A stretch of 55,442 nt of DNA, the filler included, from Catajapyx aquilonaris (taxonomy: Eukaryota): assembly GCA_000934665.2 (NCBI GenBank). It is 2 parts of 2 records of this genome, joined end to end, with 100 filler letters (N's around TTAATTAATTAA, not from the genome) between each part and the next. Parts side by side here need not be neighbours in the genome. Positions count along the whole stretch, not along the records: positions 1 to 27,669 come from JYFJ02005019.1; 1 more part is not named here. One strand, given 5' to 3'. Below are positions 13,955 to 25,254 of this stretch, in pieces (position 1 is the first letter of the stretch; every line of letters starts with the position of its first letter). The translations under genes were made by a program, and so were the position numbers. The notes beneath the pieces were generated by a model. The model was given only the letters and a program-made list of their open reading frames with translations, was not told where the DNA came from and did not search any database.

Positions 13955-15270
13955 TAGGGTGGAGCGAAAAAAAAACGAAAGGTGTCCGATTAAATCGCAC
14001 GGGGTGTCAAAAGAGGTGTATGGACCAATATAACACTGGTGAATTCTTTTAGAATTTTCGTACTTCATCTTCATTTGTCGCTAGAGCCTTCAAGTTTCGC
14101 AATTCTTGCGAGAACATCACATATTACATTATGCAACACGATTTTTGTCCAATGGAAATTCATCACTATTTCCATGTTGCTTAGGTCGCTGGTAACTCAT
14201 AATTGAGCATTCATTTTGTCTGGGATTTGTTTTTGACCTTGGGGCAGTTGCAGGCAAAAAACCAAATTCCCAGAAATACTGTATATGGGTCATCCCGAAT
14301 CAAGTAGGCCGAAATGTTGCTAGACCATCTCGGTATTTGCTGAAAAATATCACCGCTATACATGACTATGCCATAACACGTCATGTCAAGTTTCAGAGAA
14401 TGTACGCAATACCGTTGGGAGGGGGGAAAATCTCGAAATTTAGGAAAATACTGGAAATGAGGCCCTTTTGGTTAATTTTTTCGGTTAGTAGGAATGGTCC
14501 AACACCAATAAACAATACATCAAATGAAAGAGGATCACGACAGGAATATGTCTATGGAATTGGTTTTCCTCTAAGATGTGACCAAAAAAATGTGCGTGGC
14601 ATTCCATCGGTCAAGTGCTCGGTCAAGAATTAGGAAATGTTCTGGTTACATTTGAGAGGAGAACTAATTCCATAGACGCATTCCCCTCGTCATCCTCTTT
14701 CATTTGATGTATTGTTTATTGGTGTTGGACCATTCCTACTAACCGAAAAAATTAACCAAAGGGGCCTCATTTCCGGTATTTTCCTAAATTTCGAGATTTT
14801 TTCCCCTCCCAACGGTATTGTGTACATTCTCTGAAACTTGACATGCCGTATTATGGCATAGTCATGTATAGCGGTGATATTTTTCAGCAAATACCGAGAT
14901 GGTCTAGCAGCATTTCGGCCTACTTGATTCGGAATGACCCATATACAGTATTTCTGGGAATTTGGTTTTTTGCCTGCAACTGCCCCAAGGTCAAAAACAA
15001 ATCCCAGACAAAATCAATGCTCAATTATGAGTTACCAGCGACCTAAGCAACATGGAAATAGCGATGAATTTCCCTTGGACAAAAATCGTGTTGCATAATG
15101 TAAATATGTGTTGTTCTCGCAAAAATTGCGAAACTTGAAGGCTCTGGCGACAAATGAAGATGAAGTACGGAAATTCTAAAAGAATTCACCAGTGTCATAC
15201 TAGTCCATACACAACTTTTGACACCCTGTGCGATTTAATCAGACAACTTTCGTTTTTTCGCTCCACCCTA
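13955..15270. mobile_element. 1.3-kb palindromic non-autonomous hAT (hATm-like) element
   Basis: ~630-bp inverted arms (mirror ORFs 14337+ and 14690-), termini TAGGGTGGAGCG / CGCTCCACCCTA, 8-bp TSD CTCCACAT/CTGCACAT (7/8); related fragments at ~11100-11460 and ~38180-38470. Confidence 0.85.
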
Positions 15271-15352
15271 CTGCACATTTTCAGTAGGCTGTCCTATTTT
15301 CATTTGGCTGACCCTTTTATTATGCTTGCTGGTTTTTCTCTATGTAGACTTA

Positions 15353-15472
15353 TGCCAGATTGCACCAACCGAAATTACCGATCCGATAGCTCCTAATTAG
15401 GAGCCCTTTTAACGTGTCCTAACGATCTGTTAGGAGCTATCGAATCAGTAATTTCGTTGGTGCAATCAGGCA
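15353..15472. mobile_element. Small PIF/Harbinger-like palindromic MITE
   Basis: TGCCAGATTGCACCAAC / GTTGGTGCAATCAGGCA, TTA TSD on both sides. Confidence 0.7.
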
Positions 15473-15579
15473 TTAGCATACACTGATAAAGTAATGTTGA
15501 TATGTCTGACAGACATGTTCAGTTACTAGATTGTGGCATGAAAGGAAAAACACACCAACCATTTTTTTTGTTGTTTCAG

Positions 15580-15673
15580 TGGGAAGGAGAAGCTGTTGCA
15601 GAACCAGAAGGCAGTTATGCCTTCCCAGAACAATCCACCTCTGGTGAAACTCAACTGGCGGGTTTCGTTCCAG
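15580..15673 (+). CDS. FBXW7/archipelago-like gene, exon 3
   Basis: Acceptor TTGTTTCAG|, (S)GKEKLLQNQKAVMPSQNNPPLVKLNWRVSFQ, donor CAG|GTTACT; phase 2 in, phase 0 out; PP..L..W...FQ matches the start of the FBXW7 dimerisation domain. Confidence 0.7.
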
Positions 15674-16917
15674 GTTACTGAACACTATTTTCTTATTTAA
15701 CTTGTAATAATATAATAATTTAGCTGTTCTTATTTTCTCATTCAAAATAATGAACACCCACCCACATTTAGTCAAACTGAGGTGTTGCTTGAATACCTGC
15801 TTCTCCCTCTATGAAAAATATACTATTTATTTTTGTGTTTTAATCAACTTCTTTTAGCAGGACACTGAATGTTGGGGGAAAAAAAGGTGTAGTCTTATTT
15901 GCCAATATACAAAGTTGTAACTCTAATAATACTACAGGATGATTCTCTCGAATCTGAACCCAAAGATTCCTCAATTCTCCCTATAATATTTGTCTAATTT
16001 TTTTTGCTGTCTGTGACGCTCCAAGGTATATTGCCACTGGTCAGTCCTTCCGCCTTCTGTTATTGGTGGCCACCCCCTCCCCCTCCCCCTTCCCCTCCNC
16101 TCTCCGTTCAAACTGACAGCAAATCCCAGTATAACCTCCAATTCCCCCTATAATATTCGTCTAATTTTTTTGCGTCCAGAGCACTGCAAGGTGTATTATA
16201 TCTCCGGAATTAGTCAGGTCAAAGTGTTCGCTACTCCTACTGCTCAACATGGAACATTGCTCTCCAACAACAGTGTGTTTACACAGAATGTTGTGCATGA
16301 CTATATCGCGAGGTTTTATTAAAACTTTTCTCATATCCGATTCAGGAAGTGTACTGTACAGTATGTCCATTGATTCAACCAATGCCACTAAATTTTTCAA
16401 CCGCGTCTTACGACCATCTATACGATATTTCTTAGTTGTCACTCCGCGAGCCCTCGCATTCTATTTTGTCATTCCCATTATTGTCTTCCTCATTGCAGGT
16501 TTTGCCAAATTTTGGCTACGGGTGCGCTAGTAACTGGAGAATTATTGTATCTAGTTCTCAATGAAAATTGACATGTACTTACCTTGTATGATGCCAAACA
16601 AGGTCTGCCTAGAGAATATGCTGAAAATGATCCCCTCCAGCATCCAAATTTTTTTAAATGTGAGTCATATACCTAACAGATGTGCTAATGTGACATCATA
16701 ATGGCAGCGAACTCCCGCTGTATCGGGGATGGAGGGCGTCAAATGTCCTGGGCTTAATCCTGTATATTGTCGGCATTAAGGAGAAAGGGCGAATAGACCA
16801 TGTTAGAAATTTTATAGAAGAGCTAATAATAGGTTTAAAATCGTCGTCACAAATTACAGTATCACTGCATGAGCTCTAAGTTTAGGATTGCATTGGAGTG
16901 ATGCACTGATTTGAGGA

Positions 16918-17082
16918 GTGGAGTGACCAATCAAAACGCAACAAACGCCAAAATTGTCAAAATCGAGTTATAGGTGGTAGCACGTCCTTGAGGCTCGGGT
17001 CTACGTATTGTGACATTTCTAAATGCAATATCTACCGTGTTATAAGGGCTGGAAAATGGAGTGTTGCTTCAAAATGCAATAT

Positions 17083-17113
<31 letters not shown>

Positions 17114-17862
17114 TTTAATTCCACTCAACATTCTTCAAAATGCAATATGTGACCCATACCGGCTCCTTCAAAACGCAACATGCGCCAAGCAGCCAATGGG
17201 AGAGTTACAAACTGTTACAAATGGCCGCCAGTATCTTACCAACCCCATAGAGTAAAGGTGGGTTTATACTCCGCCATAAGGGGCACTACGGCAGCTTACG
17301 GCACGCCTGCTGCTGTATCGCCAGCGCACTACGGCATGAATTTCAACTCCCTACGGCCGCTGCAAAAGTTGAAAGCTAACCAACTCACACAGTACTACAG
17401 TATAGTACGTATGTTGTTCACTTGTTCTCATCGACTCGCTCCAACCCCGAAGGGTGTATAAGTAATAAAAATGTTAAAAAATAGCTAATAATGTTCTCAT
17501 GCTTAGCATTGTGTTTAGATAATAATTAGTGTCAAGGATATGGTATCATGGTTCCTGCTGATAGAAGAAACTAAGAATTTATCACAGTTTAATAATACGG
17601 CCAATGATAATAATCGATCAAAACGCAACATCTGACACATGTGCCCAATCAAAACGCAATAAGTCAAATTTGGATTAATTTTTTTCTCGTGACTGACAAT
17701 TCCTGATTTCATTAACATACACCATTAACCACCTCTGCATATGGGCATAATGTACTGCACATTTTGTTTCTTGGTCACATTCCATTTGGGAGCAATAGGT
17801 TTTTGTTAAATATCTCGAAATGGCTTTGTTGGCGTTAGTTGCGTTTTGATTGGTCACTCCAC
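16918..17862. mobile_element. Unclassified TIR element with iterated internal motif; contains an (AAGT)n run at ~17085-17114
   Basis: TIR GTGGAGTGACCAATCAAAACGCAAC / GTTGCGTTTTGATTGGTCACTCCAC; TCAAAA(C/T)GCAA recurs internally. Confidence 0.7.
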
Positions 17863-17865
17863 ATA

Positions 17866-18746
17866 TGAGGGTGGTTCAATATACAGTATAAATTTCCTGG
17901 GTCTGCCATATTGTAGCAACTTTATCTACACAAGAAATTTATGTTTCCAATATTATTATTATTAGCCACACTGTTTCTTCACTTATCAACTTAATCACCT
18001 CCAATGGTAAGTCATTTTGTCCTAATGCTTCACCAACTTTTCGAAACCCCCTGCAAAGAAAGTAGAGGGCTCTGGGCCATCAGGAGATGGCACATTGGTA
18101 TGTGATACGTGATGGTTGGTAGGAAAAAGGCGCCCTTCCAATACCTTCTTCAAACTTGGAAAGAATACGTGGAAATCTCTAGGGGGCAAATCAGGATATG
18201 CAGGGAGCGAGAGGGTAACCACTTCGTGGAACCGGTGAACAGGGTCCCTGTTGAACCAGCCTGGAACCGGGTGGAACCGGCTTGGAACCACTCGGTTCCA
18301 GGAACTGGTGTTACACTTATTTGGGGAGTGGTTACCCCCTTAGCAGGGTATTCCCAACCAAAATCTGCAATGGCTTGTGTCAGCGCGGCTGATTGGGGGC
18401 AGGTGGGGGCTGGCATTGTTGTCAAACAGAATGACACCAACGGTGAGCATACCTGAACTATTGTGACAAAATGCAGATTTCAGTTCGTCCAATGTTCAGA
18501 AATAAGGAAAAGCAATGATTGTGTCCCCTGTGTCCAGAAAATCAAGCAGGAAAAGCAGAGTTCACATTTTGTGGCGAGCTTTTATTGATGACAGAGGTGT
18601 GCACACACACGCAGTCATATGGGAACAGCGATGCTCAATATGTGACCCTGAGATGTGTGGCTAATTTTACACATGCGCAGCACATAACCACTCATGTTTT
18701 CTCAATATGCCAAACCCAGGAAACTTATATATTGAACCACCCTTCA
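17866..18746 (-). mobile_element. Degenerate, internally deleted mariner
   Basis: TIR TGAGGGTGGTTCAATAT / ATATTGAACCACCCTTCA; relic peptide PAYPDLPPRDFHVFFPSLKKVLEGRLF...FFAGGFEKLV. Confidence 0.75.
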
Positions 18747-18819
18747 ACCCATCAACTAGTCCATATCGATTGTGATTGGTCGTATATTATGGTTCTCTCA
18801 CATGTGATATAGTAATAAG

Positions 18820-20240
18820 AGCAAAAACATTCCCTTCAGGAAAAAAAGGGGAGTAAGACCTCCATCATGGTGGAATGAAAGTATACTGAAACAAGGCAGG
18901 CGCACGTAAGACCTTCACCAATTGATTTAAGCTATACCATAGGTATTACTCAAGCAATTCCCAAATTAATGCTTTTTAAGTGTGGTATCCTCTCTGAAAA
19001 CAGTTTCATGAGCCACTCCATAGCAAGAGCATTTTCTGAAATTATGAACTTCAATATAAAGTCTATAGAATTTCTACAAGATTAGTGAGAATCTTTAGCC
19101 ATGAAACATTTATCACAGTTGTGTCTTTTTGGTACTGATATTTACTGCAATGTTTAAATATTTTTTTCATAATGACGTAAATTGGTGAATTTTATGAGGG
19201 TATTTAGGTAGGGTTCTGCATTTTCAACAGCAAAAATTTAAAAATCTGTGATGGGTTAATATTTTCCTAAAGTAAATCGCTGCCTACTGCTATGAGTAGA
19301 TTGAGTAGTTTGCAGAAGTATTTTTACGAGCCATTCCGCACGATGCTTAAAAATTGCTTGAGTTAGACCTATGGTAGGGGAGAGGGCTGTACCTTGAGTA
19401 CAACGTACCTTGGAACACTCAATGTACCACAGCTCGTGTTGACATGTACCGGCCACTTTCTGACTCAAAGGATGCATATGCCCCCTAGTTGGAAGCAGAC
19501 TCTAGCAGGTAGCCAATTTGGAGAAGGGTGTGACAGTGAGTGGCTGAGGTGTTTTTGCGTACTCAAAAGTTAGTTTTTGGGCAGGTCTTTTGTCAATTAT
19601 TGCTCCTGTCATATAACAGATTTGTAGTAGATCAAGTTCTGCTCTGAAGTGTACACCAATAGTCTACAGTGCTGAATAATTATTACCTACCAATCATGTA
19701 ATGCACGAAAGAGAGGCAAGTTCATTTCTAAAAGTAGCCCTGCATGTACCTTGGAACACATCAGCTAGGGTGTTGTGTCAGGGTGTCATCAAGAATAGTG
19801 TTCAAAATTGGCTTTGAAAAGAATGAAAACTACAACGTGAAATAAAATATTTGCATTGTTGAGCTTAATATCATGCTGGAAAATAAATTGTTCCAATGAT
19901 ACATCAGATTGTTCCAAGGTACATCAGCATGTTGTACCATGGAACATTTGCAACACTATCACATATTAATTATTTTTAGTAAAGTTATTAGTGACATACA
20001 AAATGAGTAAGTTCCATTGTGTGGGCAACAATATGCTTTATACATGGACAGTTTCACATGTTGAAAACATGAACAACTTTACAAAATAAAAATAAATGTT
20101 GAAAAAGTGTTCCATGGTACAGCCCTCTCCCCTACAGCTTATCAATTTGGTGCTTACATGCGCCTGCCTTGTTAGAGTGCTTTCATTCCGACACGGAGGT
20201 CTTACTATCCTTTTTTTTACTGCAGGGAATGTTTTTGCTT
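18820..20240. mobile_element. Long-TIR element (same family as 35587-36362), right arm split by an insertion
   Basis: Left arm AAAAACATTCCCTTCAG...GGCAGGCGCACGTAAGACC matches the 35590 copy; right arm resumes after 20134. Confidence 0.75.
19377..20132. mobile_element. TA-targeting non-autonomous DNA transposon (Tc1/mariner superfamily-like)
   Basis: TIR GGGGAGAGGGCTGTACC / GGTACAGCCCTCTCCCC; TA duplication supported by the empty site CCTATGGTACAGCTT in the paralogous arm at ~36242. Confidence 0.8.
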
Positions 20241-20460
20241 TTATTTCAGTTCCTTTTAAAAATGTGATTAGTACAATGATGCCTCATTTAACAACAATAC
20301 ATATTAGGGGAAAGTGTCCATATTTCAAAGCATGCACCTAATTCCAACCACCATGCTATCTCAGTGGTAAAGTATTACAAATTTCAGGCGACAGTGGGCA
20401 AATGTCACAAAGATGGAATTCATGATCTGGCAGCACTGGTGCGAACATCCATACAATGTA

Positions 20461-21356
20461 CAAGGGCCATACCAAAATGATTTACAACTTATTAATTTTT
20501 TTCCAAAAATACAGGGCTCATGCAGGTCAGCAAATAGGCACACATTATCGATAGAATCCTTCTGGAGCCAAATGCACAGGAGTCATGGGTGTCCCAATCT
20601 CGCCAAGCCCTCCAGGAACCACTCTTTGGTGGTGCAGCGTACCGACTCCTGGACAACTGCTTACAGTCAACAATGTTCAAGATCTAGAAATGGCATCAGC
20701 GAAGGGTTTTTTTCATGTCTCCAAGCAGGTGAAAGTCACTGGGTGCCAGGACAGCTAGGGGAGTACAGCGAGTATGGAAACATGCAAATTATCCATGAAA
20801 AAACTCGAAAAAAAACCCTTTGCCGATGCCATTTCCAGGACATTGATGCTGACTGTAAGCAGTTGTCCTGGCCGGCACTGGTGGTCTGGTGGTTAGTGCG
20901 CTCTCCTCTAGTCCCAAAGTGGTGGGTTCGAACCCGGCCGAGGTCGGTGACTTTTCTCCAGGTGGTAGTCCAGGTGGCGTCGGTGCTGAGCTTTGCGGCA
21001 GAAATAGGCCGAAGTTAAGCCCCACTTATCAGGTCCCTTATCAGGTGGTAGAAAAGTGAGAGTGCGCCTTTATTCCTTTGCAGGGGAAGTAAAGCCATCG
21101 GTCCCGTGTGCTTGTGACATTGCGCAAGTGCACATTAAAGATCCCCAGAGTGGCCAAATCCAGGAGGAGGACCACCCCCTGGCATTGGTGTTGAGCCTAG
21201 CAATAGAAATTGGCAGACGTTAAGCCCCACTAAAGTAAGCAGCTCAGTTGTCCTGGAGTGGGTGCACCGCACCATCAAAAGTGGTTCCTGGAAGGCTTGG
21301 AAAGGTTTTCAGACCGATGACTCCTGTTCATTCGGCTCCAGGAGGATTCTATTCTA
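20461..21356. mobile_element. Old palindromic (3'-3') mariner derivative interrupted by a SINE
   Basis: 20551-20715 is mirrored by 20808-20870 plus 21245-21353; arms translate to a decayed mariner C-terminus (KKTLCRCHFQD...WFLEGLERFSDR...). Confidence 0.55.
20871..21244 (+). mobile_element. tRNA-derived SINE
   Basis: A-box-like GGTGGTCTGGTGG, B box GGTTCGAACCC, flanking direct repeat CAGTTGTCCTGG. Confidence 0.8.
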
Positions 21357-21367
21357 TTAGTTCACAG

Positions 21368-22712
21368 TTAGGGAACCTCTCCAAGTTCAAGGTGAAATAA
21401 TTTTTTCGGGTTCCTTATCAGCTAGAAGGAAAACACCCTTCCAGAGAAATCCTCGATCTCAAGCGTTTTCGAGATGCAGAAGTTGAAAGGTCAAGAATGG
21501 ACCACTTTATGAAGACCCTGAGCAGTGCCGGATTTACCCCCTCGGCCGCCCCTAGGCAATTGAGATCCGCACCCCCCCACCCTCCCCCTCAGTGCAGCTT
21601 AAAAATTCAATTTTTCTGTCGAGGTCTCTCCTTCCTTTCATTTCATTTTATACAAAAATTTATAAGTATTTATCTCAACTCTTTCAACTTATGGCCGCCT
21701 CTGGAGGCCAGCCGCCCTTAGGCTTTTCTGCCTAGTGGCAAATCTGGCGCTGGGAAACCCCCGGTGAAATTTTTGAAATTCTGTAATGATTTCGCCTTTA
21801 TTTTGTATTATTGTAGCCTGTTTGAAATTTTTTTATTGCAACTTGCGGGCGCCCCTAGGAAATTGCCTACTCTGCCCAATGGTAAATCCAGCGCTGCTTC
21901 CAGTTGCATAATTATTTATTACCGGTATTAATTTTTCGTTTAATTTTTTTTTTGTATGCCTAAATTTGCCGCCCCTTGAAATCTGCCGCCCTAGGCAACT
22001 GCCTAGGTTGCCTTGCCGTAAATCCGGCGCTAGCCCTGAGGAAGCTATCATTACCGTTATCGGCGAGATTTTTGGGATCTAGAGGTTTCTTGGGATGGGA
22101 AATACAGTGGCAAAACCGAAAATCATGAATTATGCAAATGAAGGGTACTTCTCAGGGAAGGGGGTGGGGGTGAGGGGACAAAAATTACTATAAACAAAGT
22201 ATTTTCTACTCCTTACATCTTTAGACAGTGCCTGGACACCCAAGTTGGTGCATTTCGTCAAGAGGAGTGCTTCATAAATTCTACATAGTTCATGTTTACA
22301 TGATTTTGTTAATGAAATGCACCAACTTGGGTGTCCAGTCACTACGGTATTTGAAGAAGTAAGGAGTAGAAAATACTTCTGTTCATAGTAATTTTTGTCC
22401 CCCCACCCCCTTCCCTGAGAAGTACCCTTCATTTGCATAATTCATGATTTTCGGTTTTGCCACTGCTGTATTCCCCATCCCAAGAAACCTCTAGATCCCA
22501 AAAATCTCGCCGATAGCGGTAACTTGGCGGTAATGATGGCTTCCTCAGGGCCTTCATAAAGTGGTCCATTCTTGACCTTTCGACCTCTGTATCTCGAAAA
22601 CGCTTGAGATCGAGGATCTCTCCAGAAGGGTGTTTTCCTTCTAGCTGATAAGGAACCCTGGAAAAAAATATTTGACCTTGAACTTCGAGTGACACTTGAG
22701 AGGTTTCCTAAG
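21368..22712. mobile_element. Foldback element (~400-bp arms) with a hAT MITE inserted in the left arm
   Basis: 21368-21522 plus 22033-22290 mirror 22305-22712 (mirror ORFs RMDHFMK on both strands). Confidence 0.8.
21523..22032. mobile_element. hAT-type MITE
   Basis: TIR CAGTGCCGGATTTA / TAAATCCGGCGCTA, 8-bp TSD ACCCTGAG/GCCCTGAG, repeated GCCGCCCCTAGGC subterminal motifs. Confidence 0.8.
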
Positions 22713-22722
22713 TCCAGGTTAA

Positions 22723-23313
22723 CCCTGGAATCGTTATGTGCATGAAAGTGACATTAACCGTGACATGGGGTCCTTTAGGACCCCATGCCATTTTTTTATT
22801 TTTTATTAATTTTTATATTATACTTATCAATGTATTGACTATATGCAATTATTCTTTGAACAATGCCTAAAATGATAACTAATTCAAAATAAACAAGCAC
22901 TTCCTGTTATATACTTTTTTTTTAAAAAAATGGCAACAGTTCCTTCTTGTAGTGGCTAATCAGAGGCAAAGCTATGGCGAAATTAGAAGCCCTCTCCCCT
23001 GCTCTCTCCAAAAATCCCACTGGTAAAGAGGGGTGTGCAGGGTTGGGTGACAAAATGACATTCTAGTCCAGCGTGAGTCCGTGATTTGATGGTGTAGGGC
23101 GGTGTAGGGAGTTTCGTATTAGGCGAATATCAGCCTAAAGGTACAGTACTTCACTGAAAATATAGCTTGCAATAAGATCTGACACAAATGAGTATGCCAG
23201 GAACCGGACGAGGAATACACAGAGTTTCAGGTCATTATTGTTTCAAGGTCACTCATTGTGATGCATTTTAATTCCGTTGGGGTCCTAAAGGACCCCGCGT
23301 CACGGTTCCAGGG
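22723..23313. mobile_element. piggyBac-like MITE, copy 1
   Basis: TTAA|CCCTGGAA ... TTCCAGGG|TTAA; GGGGTC..GACCCC subterminal palindromes; homologous to 24620-24905 and 44656-44939. Confidence 0.8.
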
Positions 23314-24111
23314 TTAAGAACTCCTGCCCTATAGCAATCACAGTGTCTTGCGGAGCAGTCCTAATAATCATGAATTTGGTGTGATGTTGCCATGGAATGC
23401 TGTAGTTTCAGTCCTGAAAGGTGACATTTTCGGCTAGAAGATGGAAGGCAGACTGTGTGGACAGTGTTATGCAATAATGGGTCAACCCAGAATAATGTCA
23501 AAATTGAGATAAGCCCAGGAACATATACCTAAAGGATCCTACTTCATTCAGTTAAAATTACGCTGGTGAAATCTGCATACTTTTGCCATAAATGACCAAA
23601 AAGAACACTGAATTAATTTCACAGTTATGACCTTCAAAGCCCTTTTTCTCAACCTTTTCCAAAACTGTTCTTGTGGGTTGACTCATTATTGCATAACACT
23701 GTGTCCCATGCATTCAATTCTCAGCATAAGATTCTGAGATCTGAGCTGTCAGTCGCTATTATTGTAATTCTGCAGCAAGTAATAATTTTATGGAATTGTA
23801 ATTGCACAGAGCAGGGCTGGTAGTCTACTTGTATACGAACCTCATGACTTTTTGATTTGATTGCAAAGAGGAATTCCTTAATTTGAGTGTGGAAGGGGAG
23901 TATGGACTTTCATTTCATTTGGCCCAGGATGATAATATGACAATAATATGGCAAATTGGTAAACAGGAATTGGCATTGCTCACAGTGATGGCATGATGTC
24001 AAAATGGGGTAATTGAGGAAACAATAAGAGGAAAAATTCATAACTTCCATCTTATAGCTAAGGGGAACTGTGAGGTTTTGAACACAGATCCACACCGTCT
24101 GGTTGCACATT

Positions 24112-24420
24112 CGGCCCTTTGACGAAGAAACGATTTACTAATAGTTATTTAGCCTAAAAATAGAATCGCATTTTAAAATGGTTTTTAATTTTTTGCGGAG
24201 TACTGAAGAGGAATTTGGTGAAAGTAGCTATAAATGGTAGGAATGCACTTCATGATGGTCGGGACATGTGTTCAAATTTTCGAAGCTCTATCTACCTGCA
24301 ACTGAATTTGAGTTAGGGCGAATAAAAAAAACCTAACAACAAGAACAAGATGTTGGAAAAATTCATTGTTGAAATGGCATATTCCGGCTTACTTAGGGGC
24401 TCCCGCTCCTAAAATGGACA
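24112..24420 (+). repeat. Dispersed repeat, second copy at ~37866-38175
   Basis: Both begin TTCGGCCCTTTGACGAAGAAAC and align through TTGAGTTAGGGCGAATAAAAAAAAC. Confidence 0.75.
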
Positions 24421-24619
24421 AACTTACATACATGTCTCAGCTCATTTTATTTAGACTTAGAGTAGGCTATATTATTTGACACTCATCATCATTCACACAA
24501 CATTAATGTAACTTATAGGGAGCATATTTAAGCAAACCACCTGGATAAATATGTGCATTTCCTATATTGCACACAGTATGGTGTGACCTATAACTCTTTT
24601 TCCAAATTAATACTCTTAA

Positions 24620-24905
24620 CCCTGGAACCGGTGCCGTGGGGTCTTTTTGGACCCCAAAGAATTAAAATGCATTAAAATGATGATTACAATGAACTTTTGC
24701 CAGTTTTTTTACAGTATGTATAATAGGAAGTGCATGTTTATTTTGAATTAGCTATCATTTTAGGCATTGTTCAAAGAATGATCGTATATAGTCAATACAT
24801 TGAAAAGTATTATATAATAATTAATAAAAATTAAAATATGGATGGGGTCCGAAAAGACCCCACGGCACGGTTGCCATAACTTTCAGGCACGGCACGGTTC
24901 CAAGG
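24620..24905. mobile_element. piggyBac-like MITE, copy 2
   Basis: TTAA|CCCTGGAACCG ... CGGTTCCAAGG|TTAA. Confidence 0.8.
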
Positions 24906-25119
24906 TTAAAATTATCCCTGACTCACACTTCACTCACTTATCCTGATCATAGAAAGCCTTCCAAGCATACTTGTGGAGATCACAATAGTAGGCTATATTG
25001 TTTTACTCGAGGATGTTGTGGAAGACATTTTTTCAAGAAGGATAACAAAATTTGTAATGTAACCTTTGTAAAGAGTGATTGAGACTTGTGCTTTAACAAT
25101 TTGTTCTAACATTTTGCAG

Positions 25120-25254
25120 AGATGGAGACCTGCAGAGCGCATTCTGGCCATCGATCAGTTGATAAGTGCTTGTGATCGTATGCAAGCCTGGCATGTGATG
25201 AAAGTAATAAGCCCCCGGTTCCTCAGACAATTCAGTTCCTGCCCACGACAACAG
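25120..25254 (+). CDS. FBXW7/archipelago-like gene, exon 4 (dimerisation domain up to the F-box start)
   Basis: Acceptor TTCTAACATTTTGCAG|, RWRPAERILAIDQLISACDRMQAWHVMKVISPRFLRQFSSCPRQQ aligns without gaps to FBXW7 SWSGPEKLLALDELIDSCEPTQVKHMMQVIEPQFQRDFISLLPKE (recalled); donor CAG|GTGAGG. Confidence 0.8.

Noticed and set aside
14337..14890. Paired near-identical ORFs on opposite strands (also at 32.6k, 33.9k, 34.8k, 35.5k, 48.1k)
   Set aside because: Mirror translations of inverted-repeat arms, not duplicated genes
16918..17670. Interspersed short repeats resembling a CRISPR array
   Set aside because: Eukaryotic context, 11-bp motif, irregular spacing, enclosed by TIRs, no cas genes
20871..20945. 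tRNA-like sequence (also 45028-45105)
   Set aside because: Has A/B boxes, but I could not fold a clean cloverleaf; both continue into SINE bodies with TSDs
20413..21018. 201-aa plus-strand ORF
   Set aside because: Runs across a decayed mariner palindrome and into a SINE; a chance open frame
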